A stretch of DNA of 64,000 nucleotides, taken from Candidatus Cloacimonadales bacterium. GTDB taxonomy: Bacteria > Cloacimonadota > Cloacimonadia > Cloacimonadales > JAIOQZ01. The DNA is taken from assembly GCA_963674825.1 (NCBI GenBank), contig OY771587.1, forward strand, positions 736,001-800,000, given 5' to 3'. Under the pieces are notes generated by a model, which saw nothing but the letters and a program-made list of their open reading frames with translations, was not told the origin of the DNA and made no database searches. Position 1 is the stretch's first letter, and every line of letters begins with the position of its first letter. Shown here one piece after another: positions 1 through 9,315 of this stretch. A program made the position numbers and the translations under genes.

Positions 1-1
1 C

Positions 2-2101
2 GACTATCGTCTCATGCCTACTCCTTATTCGCAAGGCAACGGCAATTTCCGCGACGTCAACCAGAACCGCCGCTGCGACCTCTGGTTCAATCCCGACGTC
101 CGCGACGGCAATATCGAGCACTTTTACAACCTCATCCAGCTTGACGGTTACAATCCGCTGGTCATCAAAGACGTACGCTTCAAAGCCCCGGAACAGAATG
201 GTCTTGAGGAAGTACTTCGTACTTACTTCGACAAGGATCACGTTCCCGCGCTGAAGAAATACATACAGAATCCTTTCACACCCGGTGAACTCATCCTCTT
301 CCTGCGGGAAGAAGGCTTTGAGATCAAGGGGGACAGCGAACAGCTCCTTGGCGATCTGATGAGCATATGCGAGAAAGATCACGATGCCGATTTCGGCGAA
401 GGCTACTGGATCGACCACTGGACTTACAATATCGATCTTCTGGAAAACTATCTGTCAATCTACCCAGAGCAAAAGCAAAACCTGCTCTTCGAAAAGAAAA
501 CGTTCACCTTCTACGACAGTCCACACCACGTGACACCACGTGACGACAAGTACGTGCTCTGGGATGGTAAGCCCATGCAGCTTAACAGCGTCGAGTTCGA
601 CGAAGAGCACAATGACCTGATCGAAAGTCGCACCAAAGACCGTCACCAAATGCATACAGCGCACGGAACCGGCGAAGTTTACCGCACCACGCTGTTCAAC
701 AAGATGCTGTGCCTCGTCGTCAACAAACTCGCCTCGCTTGATCCCAATGGCGTGGGTATCGAGATGGAATCAGACAAGCCGGACTGGTATGACGCACTCA
801 ATGGTATGCCTGCTCTCATCGGCTCCAGCCTGAATGAAACCCTGGAACTCAAGCGCTTGATCCTGTTCGCGCTCCAGAGCATCGAAGAAATCAACAGCCC
901 AGACCGCAATCTTTTGCTTTTTACCGAAATACACGCTTTCCTCGTTGCACTAGCCGAGCTTCTGGCAAAGGATCTTACTCCGTTCGCTTACTGGAATCAG
1001 GCAACAGCGCTCAAAGAGAACTATCGCGACGCGACCCGCATGGGAATCTCTGGCGAAGAGAAGCCTGTCTCGCTCAAAGCAGTGAAAACAACGCTGCAAA
1101 AGGGTCTGGAGCGCATTGAAGATGGCATCGCCCGAGCATGGAACGATGAGCAAAATGTCATCTCGACATACTTCATCAACCACGTAACCAGCTATGAACC
1201 GCTCTTCATCGAAAAGGACGTCCCCAAGAAGAACGCAAAAGGCCTCCTCTGCTTCCGCGCCACAGGCTTCAAGCAGACAGCGCTTCCGCTCTTCCTGGAG
1301 GGCCCGGTTCACTATCTGCGTTGCAGCACCGACCGCGATAAGTCCCGCGAACTGGTGCAGAACATCCGGCAAAGCGGCCTTTTCGACCAGAAGCTGGAGA
1401 TGTACAAAGTCAACGAAAAGCTGACGGATCAGCCCATGGAAATCGGGCGCGCCCGGACGTTCTCGCCCGGATGGTTCGAAAACGAATCCATCTGGCTGCA
1501 CATGGAGTACAAGTACATGCTGGAAATCCTTCGAAATGATCTCCACGACGAGTTCTTCCAGGATTTCAAGAACGTGTGTGTTCCTTTCATGAAGCCAGAA
1601 GTCTATGGCCGCAGCATCCTGGAGAACTCCTCCTTCATCGTCAGCAGCGCTAATCCCGATCCGTCCATTCACGGCAACGGATTTGTCGCGCGGCTTAGCG
1701 GAGCAACGGCGGAGTTCATCAACATTCTCATGTTCATGGTCATCGGCAAAAAGCCCTTTAGTCTGGATGAAAACGGCGAGCTCGAACTTCACCTGAACCC
1801 GGTCATTCCGCAGTGGCTCTTCACCGAAGAGGAGAAGACCCATCGCCTGTTCATCAACGGCGAATGGACGGATGTGAGATTCGAGAAGGACACCTTCAGC
1901 TTCATTTTCCTCGGCGAAACGCTGGTAACCTACCACAATCCGCAGCGGAAGGATACGTTCGGCAAAGTAAGTGTTGCGCCGGTGTCGTATTCCATTGAGG
2001 ACAAACAAGGTAACGTCGTGAAGACCGACCGCATCGTCGGTGAATTGGCGGAAAAAATACGTAAGAGAGACGTCGTGCGGATACGCATCGACCTCGCATA
2101 G
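2..2101 (+). CDS. Glycoside phosphorylase, GH161-like (beta-1,3-glucan phosphorylase; often annotated as cellobiose phosphorylase); 5' end lies outside the window
   Basis: Frame is open from the window edge (DYRLMPTPY...). Motifs YSQGNGNFRDVNQNRR, FGEGYWIDHWTYNIDL, WYDALNG, GWFENESIWLHMEYKY and GFVARLSG are typical of GH161/GH149/GH94-related phosphorylases. Confidence 0.7.
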   Translation, partial: DYRLMPTPYSQGNGNFRDVNQNRRCDLWFNPDVRDGNIEHFYNLIQLDGYNPLVIKDVRFKAPEQNGLEEVLRTYFDKDHVPALKKYIQNPFTPGELILFLREEGFEIKGDSEQLLGDLMSICEKDHDADFGEGYWIDHWTYNIDLLENYLSIYPEQKQNLLFEKKTFTFYDSPHHVTPRDDKYVLWDGKPMQLNSVEFDEEHNDLIESRTKDRHQMHTAHGTGEVYRTTLFNKMLCLVVNKLASLDPNGVGIEMESDKPDWYDALNGMPALIGSSLNETLELKRLILFALQSIEEINSPDRNLLLFTEIHAFLVALAELLAKDLTPFAYWNQATALKENYRDATRMGISGEEKPVSLKAVKTTLQKGLERIEDGIARAWNDEQNVISTYFINHVTSYEPLFIEKDVPKKNAKGLLCFRATGFKQTALPLFLEGPVHYLRCSTDRDKSRELVQNIRQSGLFDQKLEMYKVNEKLTDQPMEIGRARTFSPGWFENESIWLHMEYKYMLEILRNDLHDEFFQDFKNVCVPFMKPEVYGRSILENSSFIVSSANPDPSIHGNGFVARLSGATAEFINILMFMVIGKKPFSLDENGELELHLNPVIPQWLFTEEEKTHRLFINGEWTDVRFEKDTFSFIFLGETLVTYHNPQRKDTFGKVSVAPVSYSIEDKQGNVVKTDRIVGELAEKIRKRDVVRIRIDLA

Positions 2102-2204
2102 ATTCCCGTAAGAACCTTCCGCGGGAGTATTTCCCCGTTTATTGCCAGGGAGGTTCTTACCCCATTTTCTATCATCGTGTAGAAAGAACCCTCCACTTGC
2201 TGGC

Positions 2205-2243
2205 AAGGCTCAACTGGGAAACCGGCTGAGCCTTCCTGTTTTT
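2205..2243 (+). terminator. Probable intrinsic terminator after the phosphorylase
   Basis: AAGGCTCA..TGG-GAAA-CCG..TGAGCCTT hairpin followed by CCTGTTTTT. Confidence 0.5.
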
Positions 2244-2382
2244 ATTGCAATCCATTGTGATTGCCCCTACGGCTAATCGAAGAATTCTCCTGCATATCGC
2301 TTGACACGACGCAGACAATTCTTCACGATTTGTAATGCTATCGGATGATCTTGTATTACTTGATTATAGATTTGGAGGCATC

Positions 2383-3941
2383 ATGGTACGCTCTATTCGC
2401 TTATGGAAAATAGCTCTCTTTTCTCTTCTGTTTTTACCCATTCTTCTTGCTGCCGAAACCCAATACGAAATAACGCTGGTTGATTCCGTTATCATCCCAT
2501 ATTCTTATGAATATGTACAGGTTACACAGGATTCATTGCTTCGGTTCTGGGATTTGGAAATTGAAACCGAATCCATCACCGTTAACACATTACACTCGAT
2601 CGGCAAGGTAACCTTACAACACCGGAACAAGTGCTGTCCACACCCAATGAACATGGGTATGAAACTCCATTGTCGTATTATTCACAGTTCTACGAGAGTG
2701 AAGACCGTATCTGTGTTGGGTGCAATAATGACAGCCTGTTAACGCTTCATGTTTTTGAGAATGACGTATATCAATACGAGAGAGAGTATCAGCTTGAGTT
2801 TCAAATCGATGAATCCCAAAGAAGAGCCCAAACCTTATTGTGGGACACGAATACGTTTCTTATTGCCCTGGATCAAGCTGTAATACGCTGCAACCTCGAC
2901 GAAAATGTGGCTGATACCCTAATAACATTTGAAGACAACTGGCCAAATGAATGGTACACTGAACTATATCCCTTATCGAGTCAATATCTAATCATTTCAA
3001 GAAACATGTGCGATTGGTACTTGATGGATTCTAATCTGGAACTGCTGCAGGAAATCGATACAGAGGATGAGTTTGGATTCACTTTCTTCATTTATGATGG
3101 TGCCTATCCCGCTGAAGAAATTTCAGGGGGGTATCTCGTAAGTTTATATGATGGGGGATTTACTGAACACATGATCTTCATGCAGGTAGAAGATGAGATG
3201 CTTCATGTTGGGTATGGCATCGATTGTGAACTGGATTCTTATCGGCATCTTGCCTATCCTGTTGCTTTAAACGATTCGATTTTCTTTTTCACGGATTTAG
3301 GTGGGCCGTTTGTGGTTATTGGTGAATATACCGATGACGACATTGGATATTACGGAGGTGGTAATGCTATTTCATACGGTTGCACGGTGGCGAAAATGAA
3401 TTCCTACTTGGCGATTCTGCGTCAGATGGACGATCTGCATCGTGTCCGAATCTATGACGATACGTTCCCTGAGTACCATGAAGAAGAGTTCTCCGTACCG
3501 GCACCTCCGGATGCAGAATACTGGCCAAGCGAGTGGCACAATTATATTATTGAGCCATATATATTCTTTGAAAGAAAATATCACGCTTATTCGGGGGAAT
3601 TGACTCGTATTTATCAGTACAGTGTCGACACGTACGAACCAACTTCAAATCAGGACATACCTAAACCGGAATTAACACTTTCTTGTTATCCCAACCCGTT
3701 CAACCCGGAATTGACCGTTTCGTATTCAATTCCACAGGACGGAACTGTGGAGATTTCGGTTTATAACATAAAGGGTCAAAAAGTCAGAAGCATCCAAAGC
3801 GATTACCGGTATGCCGGTAATCACAATGTCGTTTGGGATGGCAGAAACGATTGCGGTCAATCCGCTTCGTCCGGCCTTTATTTCGTGAAAATATCGTATG
3901 GAAATTCAGAACTAATCAGGAAAGCGATTTTGATGAAATAG
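2383..3941 (+). pseudogene. Secreted protein with C-terminal FlgD-Ig/T9SS-type sorting domain, split by a 1-nt frameshift near 2590 (about 519 aa if repaired; may be a sequencing error)
   Basis: GGAGG RBS and ATG at 2383 give a signal peptide (MVRSIRLWKIALFSLLFLPILLAA). The 2631..3941 frame is open back to 2586 and ends in YPNPFNP...YNIKGQ...WDGRNDCGQSASSGLYFVKI. Adding one T at 2590-2591 joins the two frames. Confidence 0.7.
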
Positions 3942-3963
3942 CGATGAAATCATGATCTTCTGC

Positions 3964-4008
3964 GTCGTGCCTCGATACAATCCGACAAGTCGGGTCACTC
4001 AGCATGAC
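3964..4008. repeat. REP-like palindromic element (GTCATGCTGAGTG-type on the minus strand)
   Basis: GTCGTGC...ATCCGAC-AA-GTCGGGT...CACTCAGCATGAC nested inverted repeat in intergenic DNA. Confidence 0.4.
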
Positions 4009-4110
4009 ACGGGATGGATGTGCTCAGTGCTCCGGCAAATCATTCTTTTCCTTTGACAGTCAGCGGCATGCGATTTGACTTGCTTCATCAAAGGCAGCAA
4101 AGGAAAATCA

Positions 4111-5250
4111 ATGCATCATTATCAGGAATTTCAAACGTGGTTCGGGCAGGTCGCAGGTGGGATGGAATACCTCGCGGTCATGGAACTCGAGAAGCTCGGA
4201 GCCAGCGACATCCGCCAGCAGCAGCGCGGCGTCCTCTTCAGAGCAACCAAGGAACAGATGTACCGCATCGTTTACAACACGCGCCTCATGACCCGGATCC
4301 TCGGCACCATCACCACCTTCAGCTGCCATGATACCGACTACCTCTACAAGAAAGCCCTCACTATCGACTGGCGCGACTTCATAAAAGAAGGCCAGACCTT
4401 CATCATCCAGTATCACGTGGCCAACAGCAAGATCCAGCACTCTCATTTCGCGGCCCTGCGACTCAAGGACGCTATCGTCGATCAACTGCGAGAGCTCTAC
4501 CCGGAAAGGCCGTCAATCGACCATGACAATCCCGATGTCACCCTACATATAGCCATCCACAACAACCGCGCCGATATTGCCGTCGATTGCGCCGGATTTT
4601 CGCTGAACAAACGCTGGTATCGCAAGAAAAGCGTGGAAGCTCCCATGCGGGAGACGCTCGCTTCAGCAGTTGTGATGCTCTCGGGCTGGAATGGCGAAAC
4701 ACCGCTCCACGACCCATTCTGCGGCAGCGGAACCCTCCTCGCGGAGGCTTTGATGCAATACTGTAGGATCCCCGCGTCGTACCTGCACGACCAGTTCGGC
4801 TTCATGAACCTGCCGGACTACGATCCCGAAGTGTGGGAGAAAGTGCGAAACGGAGTACAGATTCGCGAATTACCGGAGGGCCTTATCAGCGGAAGCGATG
4901 TTGATCCGCGTTCCATCGAGGCCAGCCGCACCAACCTGGCGAACCTCCCCTATGGCGACCGTGTAGCACTCAAGCAGATCGATTTCCGTAATCTTCCGCC
5001 CAAGCCCCGCACGACCATCGTCGCAAATCCGCCCTACGGCGTACGCCTCAATCGCGTGGATACCGAACAGCTATACAAGGATTTCGGGAAGTATGTGCGC
5101 GAAAATTGCCCCGGTGGCACAATCTGCGCCTTCAGCTCGGATCAGGAACTACTCAAGTGCATGAACCTCCGACCCAGAACCAAAAAGCAGATCAACAACG
5201 GCGGTCTGGACGGCTGGTTCTACAAGATGCTGGTGTTTGACAGAGGATAG
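4111..5250 (+). CDS. THUMP-domain class I SAM-dependent RNA methyltransferase (RlmL/YpsC-like)
   Basis: N-terminal THUMP region, EAPMRETLA, DPFCGSGTLLAEA and ANPPYG motifs. ATG at 4111 follows AAGGAAA. Confidence 0.9.
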   Translation: MHHYQEFQTWFGQVAGGMEYLAVMELEKLGASDIRQQQRGVLFRATKEQMYRIVYNTRLMTRILGTITTFSCHDTDYLYKKALTIDWRDFIKEGQTFIIQYHVANSKIQHSHFAALRLKDAIVDQLRELYPERPSIDHDNPDVTLHIAIHNNRADIAVDCAGFSLNKRWYRKKSVEAPMRETLASAVVMLSGWNGETPLHDPFCGSGTLLAEALMQYCRIPASYLHDQFGFMNLPDYDPEVWEKVRNGVQIRELPEGLISGSDVDPRSIEASRTNLANLPYGDRVALKQIDFRNLPPKPRTTIVANPPYGVRLNRVDTEQLYKDFGKYVRENCPGGTICAFSSDQELLKCMNLRPRTKKQINNGGLDGWFYKMLVFDRG

Positions 5251-5262
5251 TTAATCCCGAAA

Positions 5263-6666
5263 TTACGTTCGGATTCGGAAGAATTTGTTCATCATGCTGC
5301 GCATCTGCATGAATCGCGATGAGAAAAGGATACTCAAGGTACGTTTCAGCGGCACGCTTCGCGGCTCTTGCACCCACTGAAGCGGGATCTCGGCAGTAAG
5401 ACGCAGGAGAGCCGTTATCGCGAAAAGCACCTGCTCGGGCTGAAGCGAGATGAAACCAATCTTTAATGCCGGCGGGAAAAAACTACCCGATAAAATCGTC
5501 GATACCATCATGCAAAGTCCAGCTACCGACCAATAGATCGCCGAATAGGTCTGCCGTTGCTCGGTGGGTGCGATCGATAACACGAAGTTGGTGTAGATAA
5601 TACCCACACCCGACCACATGAATCCCGACGATGCCGCCTCAATCCACAAGAGCCAGTAGCTGTCCGGTGTCACGAAGCACCATACCGCGGGGTTGATCGA
5701 GCCTAAAACGATGGCGATCTTCATGGCGGTTTTATTGCCGTAACGATCGATAAACCGGCCCCACCCGCGAATAAACAGCATCATCGAGATTGAGGAGATT
5801 GTTCCATACACCGTGATCTCGAAGGTGCTCATCCGAAGCTTTTCCAGCATGAACGGCTGCCAGAACGCGGAGCCGATCCCAAGCGCAAGCATCCACCAGG
5901 TAGTGAAATAGAGCAGCCGACGGAAATTGGCGTTCTTCAGCGGTTCGACGAGGATCACACGCAGCTTCCGGTGATCAGGTTCTTTTCCTCGGTCCGGCTG
6001 CCGATAGAGGTAGATCAGGCCCACCAACGAGATAAGCGCTCCCGCGACGATGACCATTGTGATGCCATATCTCTCATTCTGTGCTGTGAAAAAACCGGAG
6101 ACGCCCAGTTTTTGCATCAAGCCGAATTTCCACCCTTCGCGCGGTGTTACGAAGGCATCAACGAACAGGCTGGAGAGGAATCCCACGACCATCCCCACCA
6201 TGAGGTGCACCTGAGAACGGGTCGAGAAGAACCGGCCTCTCACCCGCCTCGGAAATAGATCGGACACCCATGCGATCCAGATATTTCCGCTCATGGACGC
6301 AAACGAGCACGACAGGAACATGATGGTCAGGAATACCCATATCGCCCAGCCGCGATCCATGAACAGAAGCGGTATTACGAGCAAAATCGGTAAGAAACGC
6401 GCCACCAGCGCAAGCAAAACGGAGGGCATCTTGTGGTGATGAAGGCGTCGCGAGACAACCACGCCGAAGATCTGGAAAGCTTGCGAAAACTGCGCGGCAG
6501 CCATCAAAAGTCCGAACTGAAACGGCGTTGCGCCCAGCATGATCGCGAATTTGGATATGAAGACGCTTCCGATGTACGCCAGAGCCGTATAGACCTGCGC
6601 AAACGATCCCTCTACCGTGGAAATCCGCATAATGGATTTCAAGTCATCTCGATTATCAAACTTCAT
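5263..6666 (-). CDS. MFS transporter
   Basis: About 12 hydrophobic segments and the motifs DLFPRRVRGRFF and WGRFIDRYG. ATG at 6666 has an upstream GAGGA. Confidence 0.85.
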   Translation of the reverse strand: MKFDNRDDLKSIMRISTVEGSFAQVYTALAYIGSVFISKFAIMLGATPFQFGLLMAAAQFSQAFQIFGVVVSRRLHHHKMPSVLLALVARFLPILLVIPLLFMDRGWAIWVFLTIMFLSCSFASMSGNIWIAWVSDLFPRRVRGRFFSTRSQVHLMVGMVVGFLSSLFVDAFVTPREGWKFGLMQKLGVSGFFTAQNERYGITMVIVAGALISLVGLIYLYRQPDRGKEPDHRKLRVILVEPLKNANFRRLLYFTTWWMLALGIGSAFWQPFMLEKLRMSTFEITVYGTISSISMMLFIRGWGRFIDRYGNKTAMKIAIVLGSINPAVWCFVTPDSYWLLWIEAASSGFMWSGVGIIYTNFVLSIAPTEQRQTYSAIYWSVAGLCMMVSTILSGSFFPPALKIGFISLQPEQVLFAITALLRLTAEIPLQWVQEPRSVPLKRTLSILFSSRFMQMRSMMNKFFRIRT

Positions 6667-6790
6667 CGCGTCCTCAGCTCCATTGATTTCCAGCCCAGCG
6701 GTTTGTAAAGAAAATTGGTCGCCTTGACAGGGGATTTTCTTTGACATCCGGTATCCTCCTATAGATCAATGTCAAGCAAAGGAGGCTGCC

Positions 6791-7192
6791 ATGATTCGAT
6801 ACACCGACGAGCTCTGCGATCCTACGCTGTTGATGTCGCTCTTTGAGACCACAGGCTGGAACGCGAAATATAAGCTCACCACCGAGGAGCTCCACCAGGC
6901 ATTCGAACAGAGCTGGTATCACACTTTCGCCTACGACGGCGAACGGCTTGTCGCGTCGGGACGCGTGATCTGCGACGGCGTTGTGCACGCACTAATCCTT
7001 GATGTAATCGTGCATCCCTCCTTGCAGACACAAGGCGTCGGACGCGAGATCATGCAGCGAATCATAGCCCACTGCAGGCACCAAAAAATCCGCGATATCC
7101 AGCTCTTTTCAGCGCGAGACAAAGCTGGATTCTACAATAAACTCGGCTTCCGCGAACGCCCATTGAACGCACCCGGGATGGAATATGCTTGA
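6791..7192 (+). CDS. GNAT family N-acetyltransferase
   Basis: ILDVIVHPSLQTQGVGREIM acetyl-CoA motif A and FYNKLGF. GGAGG RBS. Confidence 0.9.
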   Translation: MIRYTDELCDPTLLMSLFETTGWNAKYKLTTEELHQAFEQSWYHTFAYDGERLVASGRVICDGVVHALILDVIVHPSLQTQGVGREIMQRIIAHCRHQKIRDIQLFSARDKAGFYNKLGFRERPLNAPGMEYA

Positions 7193-7913
7193 ACTGGTCT
7201 TGCTGTTCATCGGTGTGATCCTGCTGTCAATGACCGTCCGCGCAACCTTCGGATTCGGCGATGCGCTCTTCAACATGCCGCTTCTGACGCTGCTTTTCGG
7301 GCTCAAAGTCGCTGCACCGCTCTCCGCGATGCTCTCCAGCACCATCACGGCGGCAATCCTGGCTACGCATTGGAGAAACGTCGATATCAAGAGCGCATGG
7401 CGGCTCATCGTCGCTTCGCTGCTCGGTATCCCGATTGGACTCTGGATGCTCAAGGGCATTCCCGAAGCCGTGATGCTGATCTTCCTGGCGCTAGTCTTGA
7501 TCGGAACAGCGCTTAATCGCTTCCTGCACCCGGACAAGCTGCACCTCAAATCCAATATGTGGGCTTTCCCCTTCGGCTTTGTCGCCGGTGTACTGGGCGG
7601 AGCCTACAACACCAACGGTCCTCCCATCGTGGTTTACGGGTCCATGCGACGCTGGGATGCCGCAACCTTCCGCGCGACAATACAGGGTTATACGTTTCCG
7701 GTGGGGCTGACCATTCTGGCGGGGCATTATTCGGCGGGACTCTGGACAAGACAGGTTGCAATGATGTACCTCACCGCGCTTCCGGTTGTTGCTGCGGCAT
7801 TTCTGATCGGTAATATCCTGCACGGACGCCTGCAAGGCAATCGTTTTCAAGTCGCACTACATATCATGCTGATGGTGATGGGCTTTGCACTGATCTTGAA
7901 GGCGTGTTTGTAG
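7185..7913 (+). CDS. Sulfite exporter TauE/SafE family membrane protein
   Basis: Motifs ATFGFGDAL and GVLGGAYNTNGPP with multiple TM helices. Overlaps the GNAT stop. Confidence 0.85.
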   Translation: MLELVLLFIGVILLSMTVRATFGFGDALFNMPLLTLLFGLKVAAPLSAMLSSTITAAILATHWRNVDIKSAWRLIVASLLGIPIGLWMLKGIPEAVMLIFLALVLIGTALNRFLHPDKLHLKSNMWAFPFGFVAGVLGGAYNTNGPPIVVYGSMRRWDAATFRATIQGYTFPVGLTILAGHYSAGLWTRQVAMMYLTALPVVAAAFLIGNILHGRLQGNRFQVALHIMLMVMGFALILKACL

Positions 7914-7920
7914 AAAGGAT

Positions 7921-7953
7921 TCTCCCCCCCATGACAAGGGGAATTAAGGGGGG
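7921..7953. repeat. C/G-run palindromic intergenic element between convergent genes
   Basis: TCTCCCCCCC-ATGACAA-GGGG-AATTAA-GGGGGG. Confidence 0.4.
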
Positions 7954-9231
7954 TTATTCAGCCGCGACAGGTTTCGGCAGCACTTTGTTGTAAAGGAAGT
8001 AAGCGCTGAGGATCACGGAGAAAGTGATCGCGGATACTGTTGCGATGGATGCTCCCACAATTCCAAAGCTCGAGATGAGCCAGATATCCAGACAGACATG
8101 CAGGATCGTGGTGACGATGCCTACAATCAGGTTGTACTTGATTTTGAGCTGGCTGGCGATGGTGTTGCCGATGGGTACGCGGAACGTTCCGCTGATGAAA
8201 TAACCAATAGAGAGAATGCGGAACGGGACCACTGCGTCCATATACTCTGGCCCAAACACATACCTGATGATCCAGGGCGCGAGCGTGATCAGGAAAACTA
8301 CGATCAGGATGTTGAGCATACCCAGATAGAGCTGAATCTTGTGAACCATCTTGCGCAGGTTCTGATCCTTGTTCTTGATGAGATACGGGAACACGAACAC
8401 CAGCATCGACTTGGGTATGAAGTTGATCGCGAAAGGTATTACTGTCGCAATCTTGTAGGTCGCGACCGTCTCAGGAGTAGTGATGATAAGCCCAATCAGG
8501 AAAGTGTCGATGAGAAAGAGAATCTGCGAAACGCTGTTGGTCAGCATTGCGGTTACGGAGTAGCTCAGAAAGCCACGTTTCTCCGGCTTGGTGAGGTTGA
8601 TTTTGCCATCAGGAAGCTTCATTTCGCGACGGAAAAGAATAAACGCGATCGTCGCCGAGATTATGAAAGAGAAGTAAATAAATAACGATGCACCTTCAAC
8701 GGAAAAGAGGATCGCGCCCGAGATCGCGAAGATGAGCATAAGCGATGAATTGGTGAGGTTCATATAGGCATAAGCACGATTCCAGAAGAGGCTGCGCAGA
8801 TATTGCAAACCCGCCTGAAAGAGATGGAACGCCAGCGGCAGGAACGCCATGATACGCAAGAGATGCGTCGAACCCTCTACGGGTAACTTCACAAAGTGAG
8901 TGAAGATCAGGATACCGAATCCCAATACAAGACCGAACCATATCTCGATCTTTATGCCGAAACGCAGGTAAGAAGAGCGCTTACCTGTCTCATCCGCACG
9001 GGTGCAGAATTGCATGATGCCCGATTCGATCCCCAGGCCACCGATGATATAGAGCATATTGATGATGTTGCGAGCATAGGAAAACTGGCCCATCTCAGTC
9101 TTGGACAGAATCCGCACCAGCACGAGTGAAATCGAGAATACAATGATATTGTGCAACACACTCGCGCCCACGATGTGGAACAGACCCCGCTTTGTCGATT
9201 TGATCAGGTCACCGATGATTTTTTGCTTCAA
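7954..9231 (-). CDS. Oligosaccharide flippase (Wzx/MATE-like polysaccharide exporter)
   Basis: LVRILSKTEMGQF, D..LIG, FGPEYMDAV and FGIVGASIAT motifs with about 12 TM helices. TTG start. Confidence 0.85.
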   Translation of the reverse strand: MKQKIIGDLIKSTKRGLFHIVGASVLHNIIVFSISLVLVRILSKTEMGQFSYARNIINMLYIIGGLGIESGIMQFCTRADETGKRSSYLRFGIKIEIWFGLVLGFGILIFTHFVKLPVEGSTHLLRIMAFLPLAFHLFQAGLQYLRSLFWNRAYAYMNLTNSSLMLIFAISGAILFSVEGASLFIYFSFIISATIAFILFRREMKLPDGKINLTKPEKRGFLSYSVTAMLTNSVSQILFLIDTFLIGLIITTPETVATYKIATVIPFAINFIPKSMLVFVFPYLIKNKDQNLRKMVHKIQLYLGMLNILIVVFLITLAPWIIRYVFGPEYMDAVVPFRILSIGYFISGTFRVPIGNTIASQLKIKYNLIVGIVTTILHVCLDIWLISSFGIVGASIATVSAITFSVILSAYFLYNKVLPKPVAAE

Positions 9232-9315
9232 CTATTATCCTCGCTCATTTACCATTCGGTTCGATCCAGCAACAAAGCCCTATTTCGGTCAAGAGATAGT
9301 TTGCCCGTAGGCTTG

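Noticed and set aside
950..2206. 418-aa minus-strand ORF
   Set aside because: Antisense shadow of the phosphorylase with no domain signal.
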